This document shows, piece after piece, positions 1 to 13,389 of a DNA stretch of 64,000 nt. Position 1 is the first letter of the stretch, and the number at the start of each line of letters is the position of its first letter. The stretch spans positions 42,718,001 to 42,782,000 of the forward strand of contig NC_043012.1 of the NCBI RefSeq assembly GCF_006345805.1, written 5' to 3'. Under the pieces are notes generated by a model, which did not search any database, was not told the origin of the DNA, and worked only from the letters and a program-made list of their open reading frames with translations. Position numbers and translations under genes: made by a program. Source of the stretch: Octopus sinensis. Its lineage: Eukaryota.

Positions 1-1204
1 AACTGCTAGAATAAGAATAGCCTGGGCAAAGTTTAGGAGCTCTTACCTCTGCTGGTGACTAAAGGCCTCTCGCTCAGAGTAAAAGGCAGACTGTATGATG
101 CGTGTGTACGAACAGCCATGCTACATGGCAGTGAAACATGGGCCGTGACTGCCGAGGACATGCGTAAGCTCGTGAGAATGAAGCCAGTATGCCTCCGATG
201 GATGTGTAATGTCAGTGTACATACTCGACAGAGCGTTAGCACCTTGAGAGAAATGTCGTACCTAAGAGGCATCAGTTGTGGTGTGCAAGAGAGACGATTG
301 CGCTGGTATGGTCATGTGGCGAGAATGGATGAAGATAGTGTGTGAGAAAGTGCCAATCCTTAGCAGTTGAGGGAACCCGTGGAAGAGGTAGACCAGGAAA
401 ACCTGGGACGAGGTGGTGAAGCACGACCTTCGAACTTTAGGCCTCACTGAGGAAATGACCATCGACCGAGACCTTTGGAAATATTCTGTACGTGAGAAGA
501 CCAGGCAGGACAAGTGAGCCCAGCCCACTTATGAATGCCTTTCCTCCCTTGGACACAAAGACCTGTTGAGGCAAGCGAAGTCGATATAGAACCTCATCCG
601 ACGACAGGCACCCATGCCAACCCCCTTTGCTTGCGAAGACATGTTGGGGCAAGCGAAATCGAATTGAACCAGCCAGGATCCCTGGTCTGGTGGTACGTAA
701 AAAGCACTATCCGACTCGTGGCCGATGCCTCCACTGGCTTCCGTGCCGGTGGCACGTAAAATACACCAATCTGACCGTACGACAGGCACCCATGCCAACC
801 CCCTTGCTTGCGAAGACATGTTGGGGCAAGCGAAATCGAAATCGAATTGAACCAGCCAGGATCCCTGGTCTGGTGGTACGTAAAAAGCACTATCCGACTT
901 GTGGCCGATGCCAGCACCCCCTCGTTTGGCTTCCGTGCAGGTGGCACATAAAATACACCAATCCCGACCGTGGCCGTTGCCAGCCTCGCCTGGCACCTGT
1001 GCAGGTGGCACGTAAAAAGCACCCACTACACTCACGGAGTGGTTGGCGTTAGGAAGGGCATCCAGCTGTAGAAACACTGCCAGATAAGACTGGAGCCTGG
1101 TGCAGCCTTCTGGCTTTCCAGATCCCCGGTCGAACCGTCCAACCCATGCTAGCATGGAGAACGGACGTTAAACGATGTTATGATGATGATGATGATGATG
1201 ATGA
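1..1204 (+). mobile_element. RTE-clade LINE, 3' fragment (RT C-terminus, 3' UTR, (GAT)n tail), cut by window edge
   Basis: ORF 55-345 matches the C-terminus of the 17528-20500 ORF (KGRLYDACVRTAMLHGSETW, QERRLRWYGHV); stop at 515-517; 3' UTR core GGAGTGGTTGGCGTTAGGAAGGGCATCCAGC and CCATGCTAGCATGG (1144-1157); GAT repeats then (TA)n. Confidence 0.93.
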
Positions 1205-1209
1205 TATAT

Positions 1210-1262
<53 letters not shown>

Positions 1263-1275
1263 GTATATATATATA

Positions 1276-4041
1276 TGGAAGACAACTGGAGATTCCTACG
1301 GGACAATCTGCTGACAGCCACTGACCAGATGTGTGGATGGAGCAAAGTACCATCTCCACCCAGAGTAACATGGTGGTGGAACACTGTGGTTGACAGGGCT
1401 ATTAGACAAAAGAGACAGGCTTGGAAGGACTGGAAGAACGGTGGTAGCAGGAATTGTATCAGACAGCCAGAAGGGAAGCTAGGAGACAGGTTTATTTAGC
1501 CAGAGGGGAAGCGGATAAGAAAAATTTGCCAATGTTCTGCGCCGTGAGGATGAAAGACTTGAGGTATTTCGTGTTGCAAGACAGTGTGTGAGAGAGAATC
1601 GTGATGTGGTAGGAGAGAAGTGTGTTCGCATGGATGATGGTTCACTTGCGCTAAATGAGGATGCAAGAGAGAGGTTTGGAGATGCCACTATGAAAGGTTG
1701 CTGAATAAAGAAAATGAATGGGATAAGAGAGTCTGCCGAATGTTGACCCAACAGAGGGACCAGCTATCCAAGTTGATAGTTCTGTGGTAGCTAAGGCAAT
1801 TAGAAGCATGAAGACAGGGAAAGCCCCAGGCCCATCAGGAATTACTGCAGAGATGCTCAAAATATCTGGCAGTGTCGGCTATAACCTAGTCACCCGTATA
1901 GTCAACCAGGTGATACACGAAGGAGTCATACCCAATGACTGGTGTAGCAGCATACTAGTCAACTGCTACAAAGGTAAAGGTGATGCCCTAGATACAAATA
2001 ATTACAGAGAGAGTTAGTTTAGATGAGATGCAGTTTGGGTTCGTGCCAGGGAAAAGCAACACTGATGCTATATTCCTGGTAAGGCAGCTGCAGGAGAAAT
2101 ACCTAGCAAAAGATAAGCCCCTGTACCTGGCTTTCGTTGACATGGAGAAAGCCTTTGATAGGGTCCCCCGATCCCTCATCTGGTGGTCAATGAGGAAACT
2201 AGGGATAGATGAATGGCTGGTGAGGGCTGTGCAAGCCATGTACAGAGATGCCGTAAGTAAGGTTAGGGTTGGCACCATGTACACAGAAGAATTCAAAGTA
2301 GAGGTTGGGGTCCACCAGGGTTCAGTACTCAGCCCCCTCCTATTTATCATAGTCCTCCAGGCAATAACGGAGGAATTCAAGACAGGTTGCCCCTGGGAGC
2401 TCCTCTATGCTGACGACCTCGCTCTAATTGCTGAGTCACTATCAGAACTGGAGGAGAAGTTCCAGGTGTGGAAGGAGGGTTTAGAATCGAGGGGCCTTAG
2501 AGTCAACCTAGCTAAAACCAAAGTACTAATAAGTAGAAAGGTAGACAATCCACAAATATCCTCGGGAAGATGGCCTTGCTCGATCTGTAGAAAAGGTGTA
2601 GGTAGAAACTCTATAAGATGTACCCAGTGTAAGCTATGGACACATAAGAGGTGCAGCAATGTCAAGGTAGGCTAACTGGGAAGATAGTTTTTGTATGTGG
2701 CAGATGCTCGGAGCATTGACCTCCGAAAATCTGCAGAAAACAACTTCCGTCACTTTCCGGGGGGAAAAACTAGAAGTCGTTGATAGCTTCCGCTATCTAG
2801 GTGACCAAGTCAGTAGTGGGGGTGGGTGCGCTGAAAGTGTAACTGCTAGAATAAGAATAGCCTGGGCAAAGTTTAGGGAGCTCTTACCTCTGCTGGTGAC
2901 TAAAGGCCTCTCGCTCAGAGTAAAAGGCAGACTGTATGATGCATGTGTACGAACAGCTATGCTACATGGCAGTTAAACATGGGCCGTGACTGCTGAGGAC
3001 ATGCGTAAGCTCGTGAGGAATGAAGCCAGTATGCTCCGATGGATGTGTAATGTCAGTGTACTTACTCGACAGAGCATTAGTACCTTGAGAGAAATGTTGT
3101 ACCTAAGAAGCATCAGTTGTGGTGTGCAAGAGAGACGATTGCGCTGGTATGGTCATGTGGCGAGAATGGATGAAGATAAGTGTGTGAGAAAGTGCCAATC
3201 CCTAGCAGTTGAGGGAACCCGTGGAAGAGGTAGACCCAGGAAAACCTGGGACGAGGTGGTGAGGCACGACCTTCGGACGTTAGGTCTCACCATGGAAATG
3301 ACTAGAGACCGAGACCTATGGAAGTATGCTGTGCATGAGAAGACCCGGTAAGACTAGTGAAGCCATAACCCGCGGCCCCTACCTGGGACGTAGTCAGTCC
3401 ACCTGTGCATACCTTCCTTCCTGTGACACTTGTGAAGACCTGTTGAGGCAAGTGAAAATCAAATCAAATCAAATCAAATCAAATCGAACCAAAATAGATG
3501 GACATCAATGGAATTTGTATCCCTGTGGTACCAGTGCCGGTGGCACATAAGAAAACCATCCGAACGTGACCGTAGCCAGTACTGCATTGACTGGCCTCCG
3601 TGCTGAGGGCACGTAACAAACACCATCCGAGCGTGGCCGTTCGCCAGCCTCGTCTGGCACCTGTGTCGGTGACACATAAGAAAACACCATCCGAGCGTGG
3701 CCGTCTGCCAGCCTTGTCTGGCACCTGTTTCGGTGGCACATAAAAAAAAAACACCATCCGAGCGTGGCCGTCTGCCAGCCTCGTCTGGCACCTGTGTCGG
3801 TGGCACATAAAAAACACCATCCGAGCGTGGCCGTCTGCCAGCCTCGTCCGGCACCTGTGTTGGCGGCACATAAAATCACCCACTACACTCTCGGAGTGGT
3901 TGGCGTTAGGAAGGGCATCCAGCTGTAGAAACACTGCCAGATCTGACTGGCCTGGTGCAGCCTTCGGGCTTGCCAGACCCCAGTTGAACTCTCCAAACCA
4001 TGCTAGCATGGAAAGCGAACGTTACACGATGATGATGATGA
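1276..4041 (+). mobile_element. RTE-clade LINE, 5'-truncated, frameshifted copy
   Basis: ORFs 1784-2017, 2028-2675 (QFGFVPG, FVDMEKAFD, GVHQGSVLSP, LYADD), 2695-2976 and 2986-3351 are collinear with the intact copy; short deletion near 2008; repeat-rich 3' UTR 3352-4020; GAT tail. Confidence 0.95.
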
Positions 4042-4123
4042 TATATATATATATATATATACAATGTATATATATATATATATATATACAATGTATATAT
4101 ATATGTATATATATATATATATG

Positions 4124-4151
<28 letters not shown>

Positions 4152-4154
<3 letters not shown>

Positions 4155-4436
4155 TGAGCTCGAATCCCGGACCGGGCTGCGTGTTGTGTTCTCGAGCAAG
4201 GCACTTTATTTCACATTGCTCCAGTTCACTCAGCTGTAGAAATGAGTTGCGACGTCACAGGTGCCAAGCTGTATCGACCTTTGTCTTTCCCTTGGATAAC
4301 ACTGGTGGCGTGGAGAGGGGAGGCCGGTATGCATGGGCGACTGCTGGTCTTCCATAAACAACCTTGCCCGGACTTGTGTCTAGGAGGGTAACTTTCTAGG
4401 TGCAATCCCATGGTCATTCATGACCGAAGGGGGTCT
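4152..4436 (+). mobile_element. tRNA-derived SINE, 5'-truncated at the B box
   Basis: Begins with B-box-like GAGCTCGAATCCCG, then CTCGAGCAAGGCACTT...CTCCAGTTCACTCAGCTG central domain; flanked by (TA)n on both sides. Confidence 0.6.
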
Positions 4437-4438
4437 TT

Positions 4439-4475
<37 letters not shown>

Positions 4476-4513
<38 letters not shown>

Positions 4514-5679
4514 GTTTAACGTCCGTTTTCCGCGCTAGCACGGGTTGGACCGGGGTCTGGGGGGCCAGGGGCTGCCCCAGGCTCCAGTCTGATCTGGCAG
4601 TGTTTCTACAGCTGGATGCCCTTCCTAACGCCAACCACTCCACGAGTGTAGTGGGTGCTTTTTACGTGCCACCTACACAGGTGCCAGAGGGGTCTGGCAT
4701 CGGCCACGATCAGTTGGTGCTTTTTTATGTGCTACCGGCACGGAAGCCAGTCAAGGCGGTGCTGGCATCGGTCACGTTCGGATGGTGCTTTTTATGTGCC
4801 ACCGGCACAGAAGTCATTCGAGCAAGGGTTGGCATCGGTCACGTTCGGATGGTGCTTTTTATGTGCCACCGGCACAGAAGCCAGTGGACGCTGCATTGGC
4901 AACGGCCACGTTCGGATGGTGCTTTTTATGTGTCATCGGCACAGGTATCTTGGTTCGATGTTCATGTACATGCACTTGACTCAACAGGTCTCCTCAAGCA
5001 CAGCGAGATGTTCCGGGATCCCACGATCGGTTGGTGCTTTTTTTTTTATGTGCCACAGGCACAGAAGCCAGTCGAGGCGGTGCTGGCGTCGGCCACACTC
5101 GGATGGTGCTTTTTATGTGCCACCGGCACAGAAGCCAGTCGGGGTGGTGCTGGTATCGGCCACGTTTGGATGGTGCTTTTTATGTGCCACCGGCACAGAA
5201 GCCATTCGAGGCGGGGTTGGCATCGGTCACGTTCGGATGGTGCTTTTTATGTGCCACCGGCACAGAAGCCAGTGGAGGCTGCACTGGCAACGGCCACGTT
5301 CGGATGGTGCTTTTTATGTGTCACCGGCACAGGTATCACAGCTACTGTTTCCATTGATATTTGGTTCGATGTTCATGTGCCACCGGCACAGAAGCCATTC
5401 GACAGTTTAATACCCCTGTAGCTATTTCTATCTAGAGCATCACCCTTACCCTTGTAGCAGTTGACTATGGTGCTGCTACGCCAGTCATTGGGTATGACTC
5501 CATTATGAACTACCTGGTTAACAATACGGGTGACTAGGCCATAGCCGCATAACCAGCTGTTTTAAGCATCTCAGCAGTGATTCCTGATGGGCCGGGGGGT
5601 TTTACCCGGTTTCATATCCTTAATTGCTTTATCTACTAGGGAGCCATCTATTCGGATAGCTGGTCCCTCTACTGGGTCA

Positions 5680-5682
<3 letters not shown>
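4476..5682 (-). mobile_element. RTE-clade LINE on minus strand, internally deleted (RT fragment joined to expanded 3' UTR)
   Basis: (CAT)n at 4476-4512 is the reverse tail; reverse-complement 3' UTR core at about 4513-4660; about ten ~65-bp UTR modules to ~5390; 5403-5682 is the reverse complement of the DP.EGPAIR...GVIPNDW...NCYKGKGDAL region. Confidence 0.85.
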
Positions 5683-5734
<52 letters not shown>

Positions 5735-5756
5735 TCTATATTTATATATATATAAT

Positions 5757-7847
5757 CAGGTAAATCAGGTGATACACGAAGGAGTCATACCCAATGACTG
5801 GTGTAGCAGCATAATAGTCAACTGCTACAAAGATAAAGGTGACGCCCTAGATACAAATAATTACAGAGGTATCAAGCTGTTGGATCAGGTAATGAAGGTT
5901 ACGGAGAGGGTCATAGCCCAACTAATTAGAGAGAGAGTTAGCTTAGATGAGATGCAGTTTGGGTTTGTGCCAGGGAAAAGTACCACTGATGCTATATTCC
6001 TGGTAAGGCAGCTGCAGGAGAAATACCTAGCCAAAGATAAGCCCCTGTACCTGGCTTTTGTTGACATGGAGAAAGCCTTCGACAGGGTCCTCCGATCCCT
6101 TATCTGGTGGTCAATGAGGAAACTAGGGATAGATGAATGGTTAGTGAGAGCTGTGCAAGCCATGTCCAGGGACGCTGCTAGTAAGGTGAGGGTTGGCAAC
6201 AAGTACAGTGAAGAATTCCGGGTAGAGGTAGGGGTCTACCAAGGCTCAGTCCTCAGCCCCCTCCTATTTATCATAGTCCTCCAGGCAATAACGGAGGAAT
6301 TCAAGACAGGATGCTCCTGGGAGCTCCTCTATGCTGATGATCTTGCTCTAATTGCTAAGTCACTATCAGAACTGTAGGAGAAGTTTCAGGTGAGGAAGCA
6401 AGGATGAGAATCGAAGGGCCTTAGAATTAAACCTAGCCAAAACCAAAGTCCTAATAAGTAGGAAGGTAGACCAATCACAAACGCCTTCAGGTAGATGGCC
6501 CTGCTTGATCTGTAAAAAAAGGTGTAGGTAGAAACTCTGTAAGGTGCACCAAGTGTAAGCTATGGACACGTAAGAGGTGCAGCAACGTCAAAGGAAGGCT
6601 AACTAGGAAAATAGTTTTTGTCTATAGCAGATGCTCAGGAGCATTAAACACTGAAAATGTGCAGAGACCAACTTCTACCACGTTCCATGGAGAAAAACTA
6701 GAAGTAGTTGATAGCTTCGGCTACCTAGGTGACCAAGTCAGTAGCGGGGGTGGGTGTGCTGAAAGTGTAACTGCTAGAGTAAGAATAGCCTGGGCAAAGT
6801 TTAGAGAGCTCTTACCCCTGCTGGTGATAAAAGGCTTCTCACTCAGAGTAAAAGGCAGACTGTATGATGCATGTGTACGTACAGCCATGCTACATGGTAG
6901 TGAAACATGGGCTGTGACTGCTGAGGATATGCATAAGCTCGCAAGAGATAAAGCCAGTATGCCCCGATGGATGTGTAATGTCAGTGTTCATAATCGAGTG
7001 TAAGTACCTTGAGAGAAAAGTTGGACCTAAGAAGCATCAGTTGTGGTGTGCAAGAGAGACGTTTGCGCTGGTATGGTCATGTGATGAGAATGGCTGAAAA
7101 TAGTTGTGTGCAAAAGTGTCACACCCTAGCAGTTGAGGGAACCTGTGGGAGAGGTAGACCCAGGAAAACCTGGGACGAGGTGGTGAAGCACGACCTTCGA
7201 ACTTTAGGTCTCACCAAGGAAATGACTAGAGACCGAGACCTATGGAAGTATGCTGTGCATGAGAAGACCCGGCAAGACTAGTGAGACCATAACCCGTGGC
7301 CTCTACCTGGTGTGTAGCCAGTAGACTTCTTGGGACACAAAACTCCACTTGTGAAGACCCGTTGAGGCAAGTGAAAATCAAAATCAAACCAAATCAAATC
7401 AGATATCAGAAAGCAGAACCAAAATTGAAGTCGATCAACATCAATGGAAATTGCAGCTGTGATACCAGTGCCGGTGACAAGTAAGCGAACCATCCGATCG
7501 TGGCTGTTGCCAGCGCCGCCCCGACTGGCCTCCGTGCCGGTGGCACGTAAAAAGCACCATCCATTTGTGGCCGTTGCCAGCCTCGCCTGGCCCCCGTGCC
7601 AGTGGCACGTAAAAAGCACCATCTGTCCGTGGCCGTTTGCCAGCTCCGTCTGGTACCTGTGCGGGTGGCACATAAAAAGCACCCACTACACTCACGGAGT
7701 GGTTGGCGTTAGGAAGGGCATCCAGCCGTAGAAACACTGCCAGATCAGACTGGGCCTGATGCAGCCTTCTGGCTTCACAGACCCCAGTTGAACCGTCCAA
7801 CCCATGCTAGCATGGAAAGCGGACACTAAATGATGATGATGATGATG

Positions 7848-7849
<2 letters not shown>
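5757..7849 (+). mobile_element. RTE-clade LINE, 5'-truncated degenerate copy
   Basis: RT motifs in ORF 5682-6377 (NYRGIKLL, LYADD), in-frame stops after 6375, C-terminal pieces 6659-7281, 3' UTR and GAT tail. Confidence 0.93.
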
Positions 7850-7880
<31 letters not shown>

Positions 7881-7929
7881 TATACGTATCTACACATATA
7901 TACATATATATATATATACATATCTAAAC

Positions 7930-7964
<35 letters not shown>

Positions 7965-8803
7965 CATATATATATACATAGAAATATTATTATTTCTAAG
8001 TCTCTCTAAAGGAGACTACAGCAGTGGTACTGGATATTAACAGTTATCGCCAAGCTAATATGGCAGTCCATAAACATAGGAAGAAAGCTGCCGTTGATTA
8101 GCTTCAAGAGGCCATCACCTCTAGCTAGCTATATAACACATTAACCTGTGTCCATTATAACCTTCGAACAGGGATGTCTTTTTTACTATTATCAACATTG
8201 CTGCTTCGTTAAACTATGCTAAGCAGATCCCCAAAATATTTCCTCCCACGTGTTCTTAACCACTCCCCCACCTCTCTCTCTCTATTTTACTCTGTCACTC
8301 TCTCTATGTTTCACTATGTTTCCCTCTTTCGATTACCACTCGCTTCACCAAGACTTCCTCCACCACAACCGTCCTATATAAACTAGCGCACGCACACGGA
8401 CTCCCACTCGCTTTCAATCCCCTGCCAAAGAATAACGGATCCCTGATGTACAGATAAGAATTTGTTGTCTTTTCAACCTCGTTTCATCTATTTTGCTATT
8501 TCTGCACAGATCATAAACCCTTCCGTTATTAGTTCTTTTTATTATTCTGTCTAGTTCAGTAACAGGCTATCATGTAATTATAGTTTTCAATAGTCTCGTA
8601 TTCCTTGTTGTTCCCTTAAGCTAACCTTAGTTCATACATTTCCTTCACCCAACATATTCATTGACTCATTCAGCTATTAAAGTTTTATCACACAGTCATT
8701 TATTCTCTAAATTTTGTCTTAGATTATCTGATGGAGAGCTCTCTGATTTTTCAAGTCTATTTTACTATTATCAACATCTGCTATCTCGTTAAACTATGCT
8801 AAG

Positions 8804-10616
8804 AATGGGAGAAAGAGAGTCTGCTGAATATTGACCCAACAGAGAGACCAGCTATCCGAGTTGACAGTACCTTGGTAGATAAAGCAATTTAAAGTATGAA
8901 GATAGGGAGAGCCCCTGGCCCATCAGGAATTACTGCAGAGATGCTCAAAATATTAGGTAGTGTCGGCTATAGCCTGCTCACTTGTATAGTTAACCAGGTG
9001 AATTCTGGGTAGAGGCAGGGGTCCACCAAGGTTCAGCCCTCAGCCCCATCCTATTTATCATAGTCCTCCAGGCAATAACGGAGGATTTCAAGACAGGATG
9101 CCCCTGGGAGCTCCTCTATGCTGATGACCTTGCTCTAATTGCTGAGTCACTATCAGAACTAGAGGAGAAGTTTCAAGTATGGAAACAAGGATTAGAATCA
9201 AAGGGCCTTAGAGTCAACCTAGCTAAAACCAATGTCCAAATAAGTAGGAAGGCAGGCAAGCCACAAATCCCTTCAAGTAGATGGCCCTGCTCGATCTGTA
9301 GAAAAGGCATAGGTAGAAACTAAGATGTACCCAGTGTAAGCTATGGACACATAAGAGGTGCAGCAATATCAAAGGAAGGCTAACTGGGAGGATAGCTTTT
9401 GTATGTGGCAGATGCTCAGGAGCTATAAATAACACTGAAAATGTGCAGAGAACAACTTCCGCCAAATTCCAGGGAGAAAAACTAGAAGTAGTTGATAGCT
9501 TCCGTTACCTAGGTGACCAAGTCAGTAGCGGGGGAGGGTACGCTGAAAGTGTAGCTGCTAGAGTAAAAATAGTCTGGGCTAAGTTCAGAGAGCTCTTACC
9601 TCTACTGGTGACAAAAGGCCTCTTGCTCAGAGTAAAAGGTAGACTTTATGACGCGTGTGTACGAACAGCCATGCTACATGGCAGTGAAACATGGGCCGTG
9701 ACTGCTGAGGACATGTGTAAGCTTGCAAGGAATGAAGCCAGCATACTCGACAGAGTGTTAGTGCCTTGAGAGAAAGGTTGGACCTAAGAAGCATTAGATA
9801 TGGTGTGCAAGAGAGACGTTTGCGCTGGTATAGTGATGTGGTGAGAATGGATGTGGATAGCTGTGTGAAAAAGTGCCACACCCTAGCAGTTGAGGGAACC
9901 TGTGGAAAAGGTGGACCCAGGAAGACCTGGAATGAGGTGGTGAAGCATGACCTTCAAACATTGGGCCTCACCGAGGCCATGACTAGTGACCAGGACCTCT
10001 GGAAATATGCTGTGCTTGAGAAGACTCGGCAAGTGCAAGTGAGACCATAACTTATGCGTGCCTTTCCTTCATTGGACACTAAACTCTGCTTGCAAAGACC
10101 AGTTGAGGCAAGTGAAATCAAAGTCAGAATCAAACTCGACTGCAAAGACCTGTTGAGGCAAGTGAAATCGAAATCACACTTGGTGACTGGCATCCGTTGC
10201 TAGTGGAGCGCTAAGAGTACCATATGAGTGAGATCACTGCCAGAGCAACAAGCTGGCCTTCGTGCCGATGGCACGTTAAACACACCAGTCAAGCGTGATC
10301 GTTATTGCGTCGCCTTTCTAGCACTTGTGCTGGTGGCACGTGAAAAAACATTCAAGTGAGGTTGTTGCCAGTGCCAGTGCCACTGGACTGGCTCCTGTGC
10401 AGGTGGCACATAAAAAGCACCATTTGTGCGTGGCCGTTGCCAGTACCACCTAACTGGCACGTAAAAGCACCCACTACACTCTCGGAGTTGTTGGCATTAG
10501 GAAGGGCATCCAGCTGTAGAAACTGCCAGATCAGATTGGAGTCTGGTTCGCCAGACCTCAGTCAAACCGTCCAACCCATGCTAGCATGAGTTGGACATTA
10601 AACGATGATGATGATA
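8804..10616 (+). mobile_element. RTE-clade LINE, degenerate copy with large internal deletion near 9000
   Basis: Homology to the intact copy jumps from VNQV (about 9000) to the GVHQG motif; LYADD at 9115-9129; 3' UTR core at 10468-10590; GAT tail. Confidence 0.9.
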
Positions 10617-10789
10617 TATATACACAACTATACAGTCCTTTAGCATTAAATTTTGTAGTCAATTTAAGTGGTGTAGGTAGAACTTCCAAAGTCTCATCTA
10701 TATTCTCAACTTGTTCTTTTCCAGCATCACTCCTTTTTAGATAAACTTTCTTTCTGGGACACCAGCAACTCAATCACATCATTCTCTAT

Positions 10790-11010
10790 CATCATCATCA
10801 TCATCATCAACATATAACGTCCATTTTCTATGGGATGGATGGCTTGACAGGAACTGGCAAGACCTGGGGGCCGCACCAGGTTCTGTTTTGGCTTGGTTTC
10901 TACAGCTGGGATGTCTTTCCTAATGCCAACCACTCCACAGAGTATACTGGGTACTTGTTATGAGGCACCATCACCAGTGCATTTTATGTGGCAATCCCTT
11001 TTACATGGAA
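10790..11010 (-). mobile_element. RTE 3' UTR tail fragment
   Basis: (CAT)n followed by the reverse complement of the UTR core (CTACAGCTGGGATGTCTTTCCTAATGCCAACCACTCC). Confidence 0.7.
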
Positions 11011-11199
11011 CCTTGGTTTTAAGATCTCTCAGTTCTGCTGTTGTGGTGGACAAGTCTTCTTGAGTACAACAATGCACTATATATCTTGGTCCTCTCTCAC
11101 CTGCTTTATAAGATTCAGTGTTTTGAGATCAGCCTTCAACACTTCGTACCATGTTTTCCTGGGTCTCCCTCTTCCACAACTTCCCTCCACTTAAAGTGG

Positions 11200-12530
11200 T
11201 CGCGGCACTTCTTTATGCAACTTTCTTCAAATCTTACATCCTTTGCAAATGTTAAAATATCTTTCTGAATATGACGTAATTTTTTTGTTTGAGGAAAACT
11301 TGTAATGTCATGGATACATTCTGGCCCTAAACTTTTCAAAACACTATTCAAAGTTGAAGGTTTCACTTCATCCCATGACTCAGCTGTATTATTCACAACA
11401 TCCATTATGTTGAATTTCTTTCAGAACTTTCTAACTGTAAGGTTTATCCTTCTCGTTAATTGCTTTCATAAGTTGTTTGAAAGTTCTCATATAATATGCC
11501 TTGAAGTTAGCTATCACACCTTGATCCATTGGCTGGAGCAAAGAAGTTGTATTCTTGGGGATATAACCTACTCCCGTAAGTTAACTAAGTTGACATCAGT
11601 GCATTGCCAAAAAGAAACAATGTTTCATTGGAAATATATCTGGTATTGTACCTTTCTACTGCAGGACAAAAAAACGTTTGTAAACTACTCTTTGAAAAGG
11701 TTCTTAGTCATCCACGCTTTCTTATGTGAATGCCAAATCAAAGGTAGATTCAACTTTATGTTACCTTTGAAAGCCCTTAGATTTTCAGAGTGACACGTGT
11801 AGGGGCTTTAATTTCTTATCACCTGCAACATTTCCTGCTAAAAGGAGTGTCAGACAATTTCTAAAAGCTTTAAATCCTAGTGTTAATTTTTTTCTTAAGA
11901 AATAAAAGTTGTAGCAGGCATGCACTTCCAGAAAAGTACAATCACATGAACATTGTATACTTGCTCTGGTATGTAACCCCCTGCAGCAATCATTTTCTTT
12001 AGCCACCCAGGATAATTAATAGCAGCCTTTGTATCAACATTTGCAGTTTCACCAATCATTTTTATGTTGTACAAATTCATGCACTTCTTAAACCTTTCAA
12101 ACCAGCTTTTACAAGCCAAAAAGGGATTTTCATTAGAAGTTTTACCTTCCTTTTCCAAATAAACTTGTGGCTCTTTTTTGAATTACCATTGTGTTTATCG
12201 GCACTTTATTCTGATCCTATGCTAATTCTGATTGAGGATAAGAATCAGCGTGAAGTCACTCCATTTTAAGCATTACATTAGACCTATGGAACAATAAGGT
12301 CCAGACAGTTAATGGAGTAGCTTCTTAAACACTTGCCATAATTTTCTCTCTGTTGTCACATATTATTGCCATTGCAGACATTGCAAGATTTAATATTTTG
12401 ACAATGTAACTTGGTTTTACTTCAGCATGAATTCATTTTAAAACATCAAGTTTAATATCCAGTGTAGATCCTTTATGGTTCTTTTTTGTATTACTACCCT
12501 CAAATCTACTTGATAGCTTCTTTCCAGACC
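11200..12530 (-). pseudogene. Tigger/pogo-like (CENP-B HTH + DDE_1) transposase remnant
   Basis: ORF 11895-12158 SWFERFKK...GETANVD..AAINYP..LKKMIAAGGY.PEQVYNV...LFWKCMP; next frame GFKA..CLTLLLAGNVAGDKKLKP; C-terminal ESWDEVKPSTLN; many stops and frameshifts. Confidence 0.8.
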
Positions 12531-13389
12531 TCTTAAATTGAAGGCAAATCCAACAACAGCAGCAATTAATTATCCACAATAAATATGTAGTAAAAAAAAA
12601 TTGACCCAAGAAAGATTTGCTTTGTGAGAGCAGAAAATTGTCTTATTCCTATCTATGCAATAGTGGGAATTAGATGAAAAAGTGGAGAACTGAAGAAGAG
12701 AAACTCCTTTGTGATTATAGTTAACTGAAGGGGTACCAGATTTTATAGGCAATTTGCTCCCTGCACTCCTCACTTAAGACATAAATACACACACACACTC
12801 ATACAAACAGATATACACATTCATGCACACACATGTTGGTGTACATATTATCTGTTGTAGTCTGTTGGATTCAAAAGTTAATGAGTTGATAATTGTGATG
12901 ATGTGGGTTGCATTGGTCTATATGTTAGTAATGGTGGGTGAGGATTGTTGGTGTTGACGTGGTTATGTTGTTCTTGCTAATTGTATTGCTGTGGCTGTTT
13001 AGTCTCAAGTCAATCCTCATAGACCTTAGACTAGGACACCACATTATAGGTTTCTATTTGAAATAGATTTGCTTATCTACTTCATACAATATATTACTGT
13101 TGCTGTTGTTGGTTGCATTTGTGTTGATGATAGAAACACACATTTGTGTGTGTGTGTGTGAATGTATACTCACATTATGTATATATATGTGTGTGTGTGT
13201 GTGCAACATGATGACAGTTTTCCAAAACATTAACAATAAAACGTAAGTGGTCACTGAGCTAAGAGGAAAGTGTAGTTTTAAATTAACAATACAAGTTTAA
13301 GTAAGAGCAAAATTACAGACCCTATCCCAAAATTATACTTTACAATTTCCATAAGCAGGAAATCCTGTAGCCATAATGTTAAGGATGCC

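Noticed and set aside
3530-3900. CRISPR-like array of ~62-bp repeats (also 4650-5390, 55760-56110)
   Set aside because: No unique spacers and no cas genes; the units are tandem modules of the RTE 3' UTR in a eukaryotic context.
4420-5421. Long ORFs 4420-5421 (333 aa), 4655-5410, 3479-4009 and similar
   Set aside because: Read through microsatellites and RTE UTR repeats; repetitive peptides with no domain signature.
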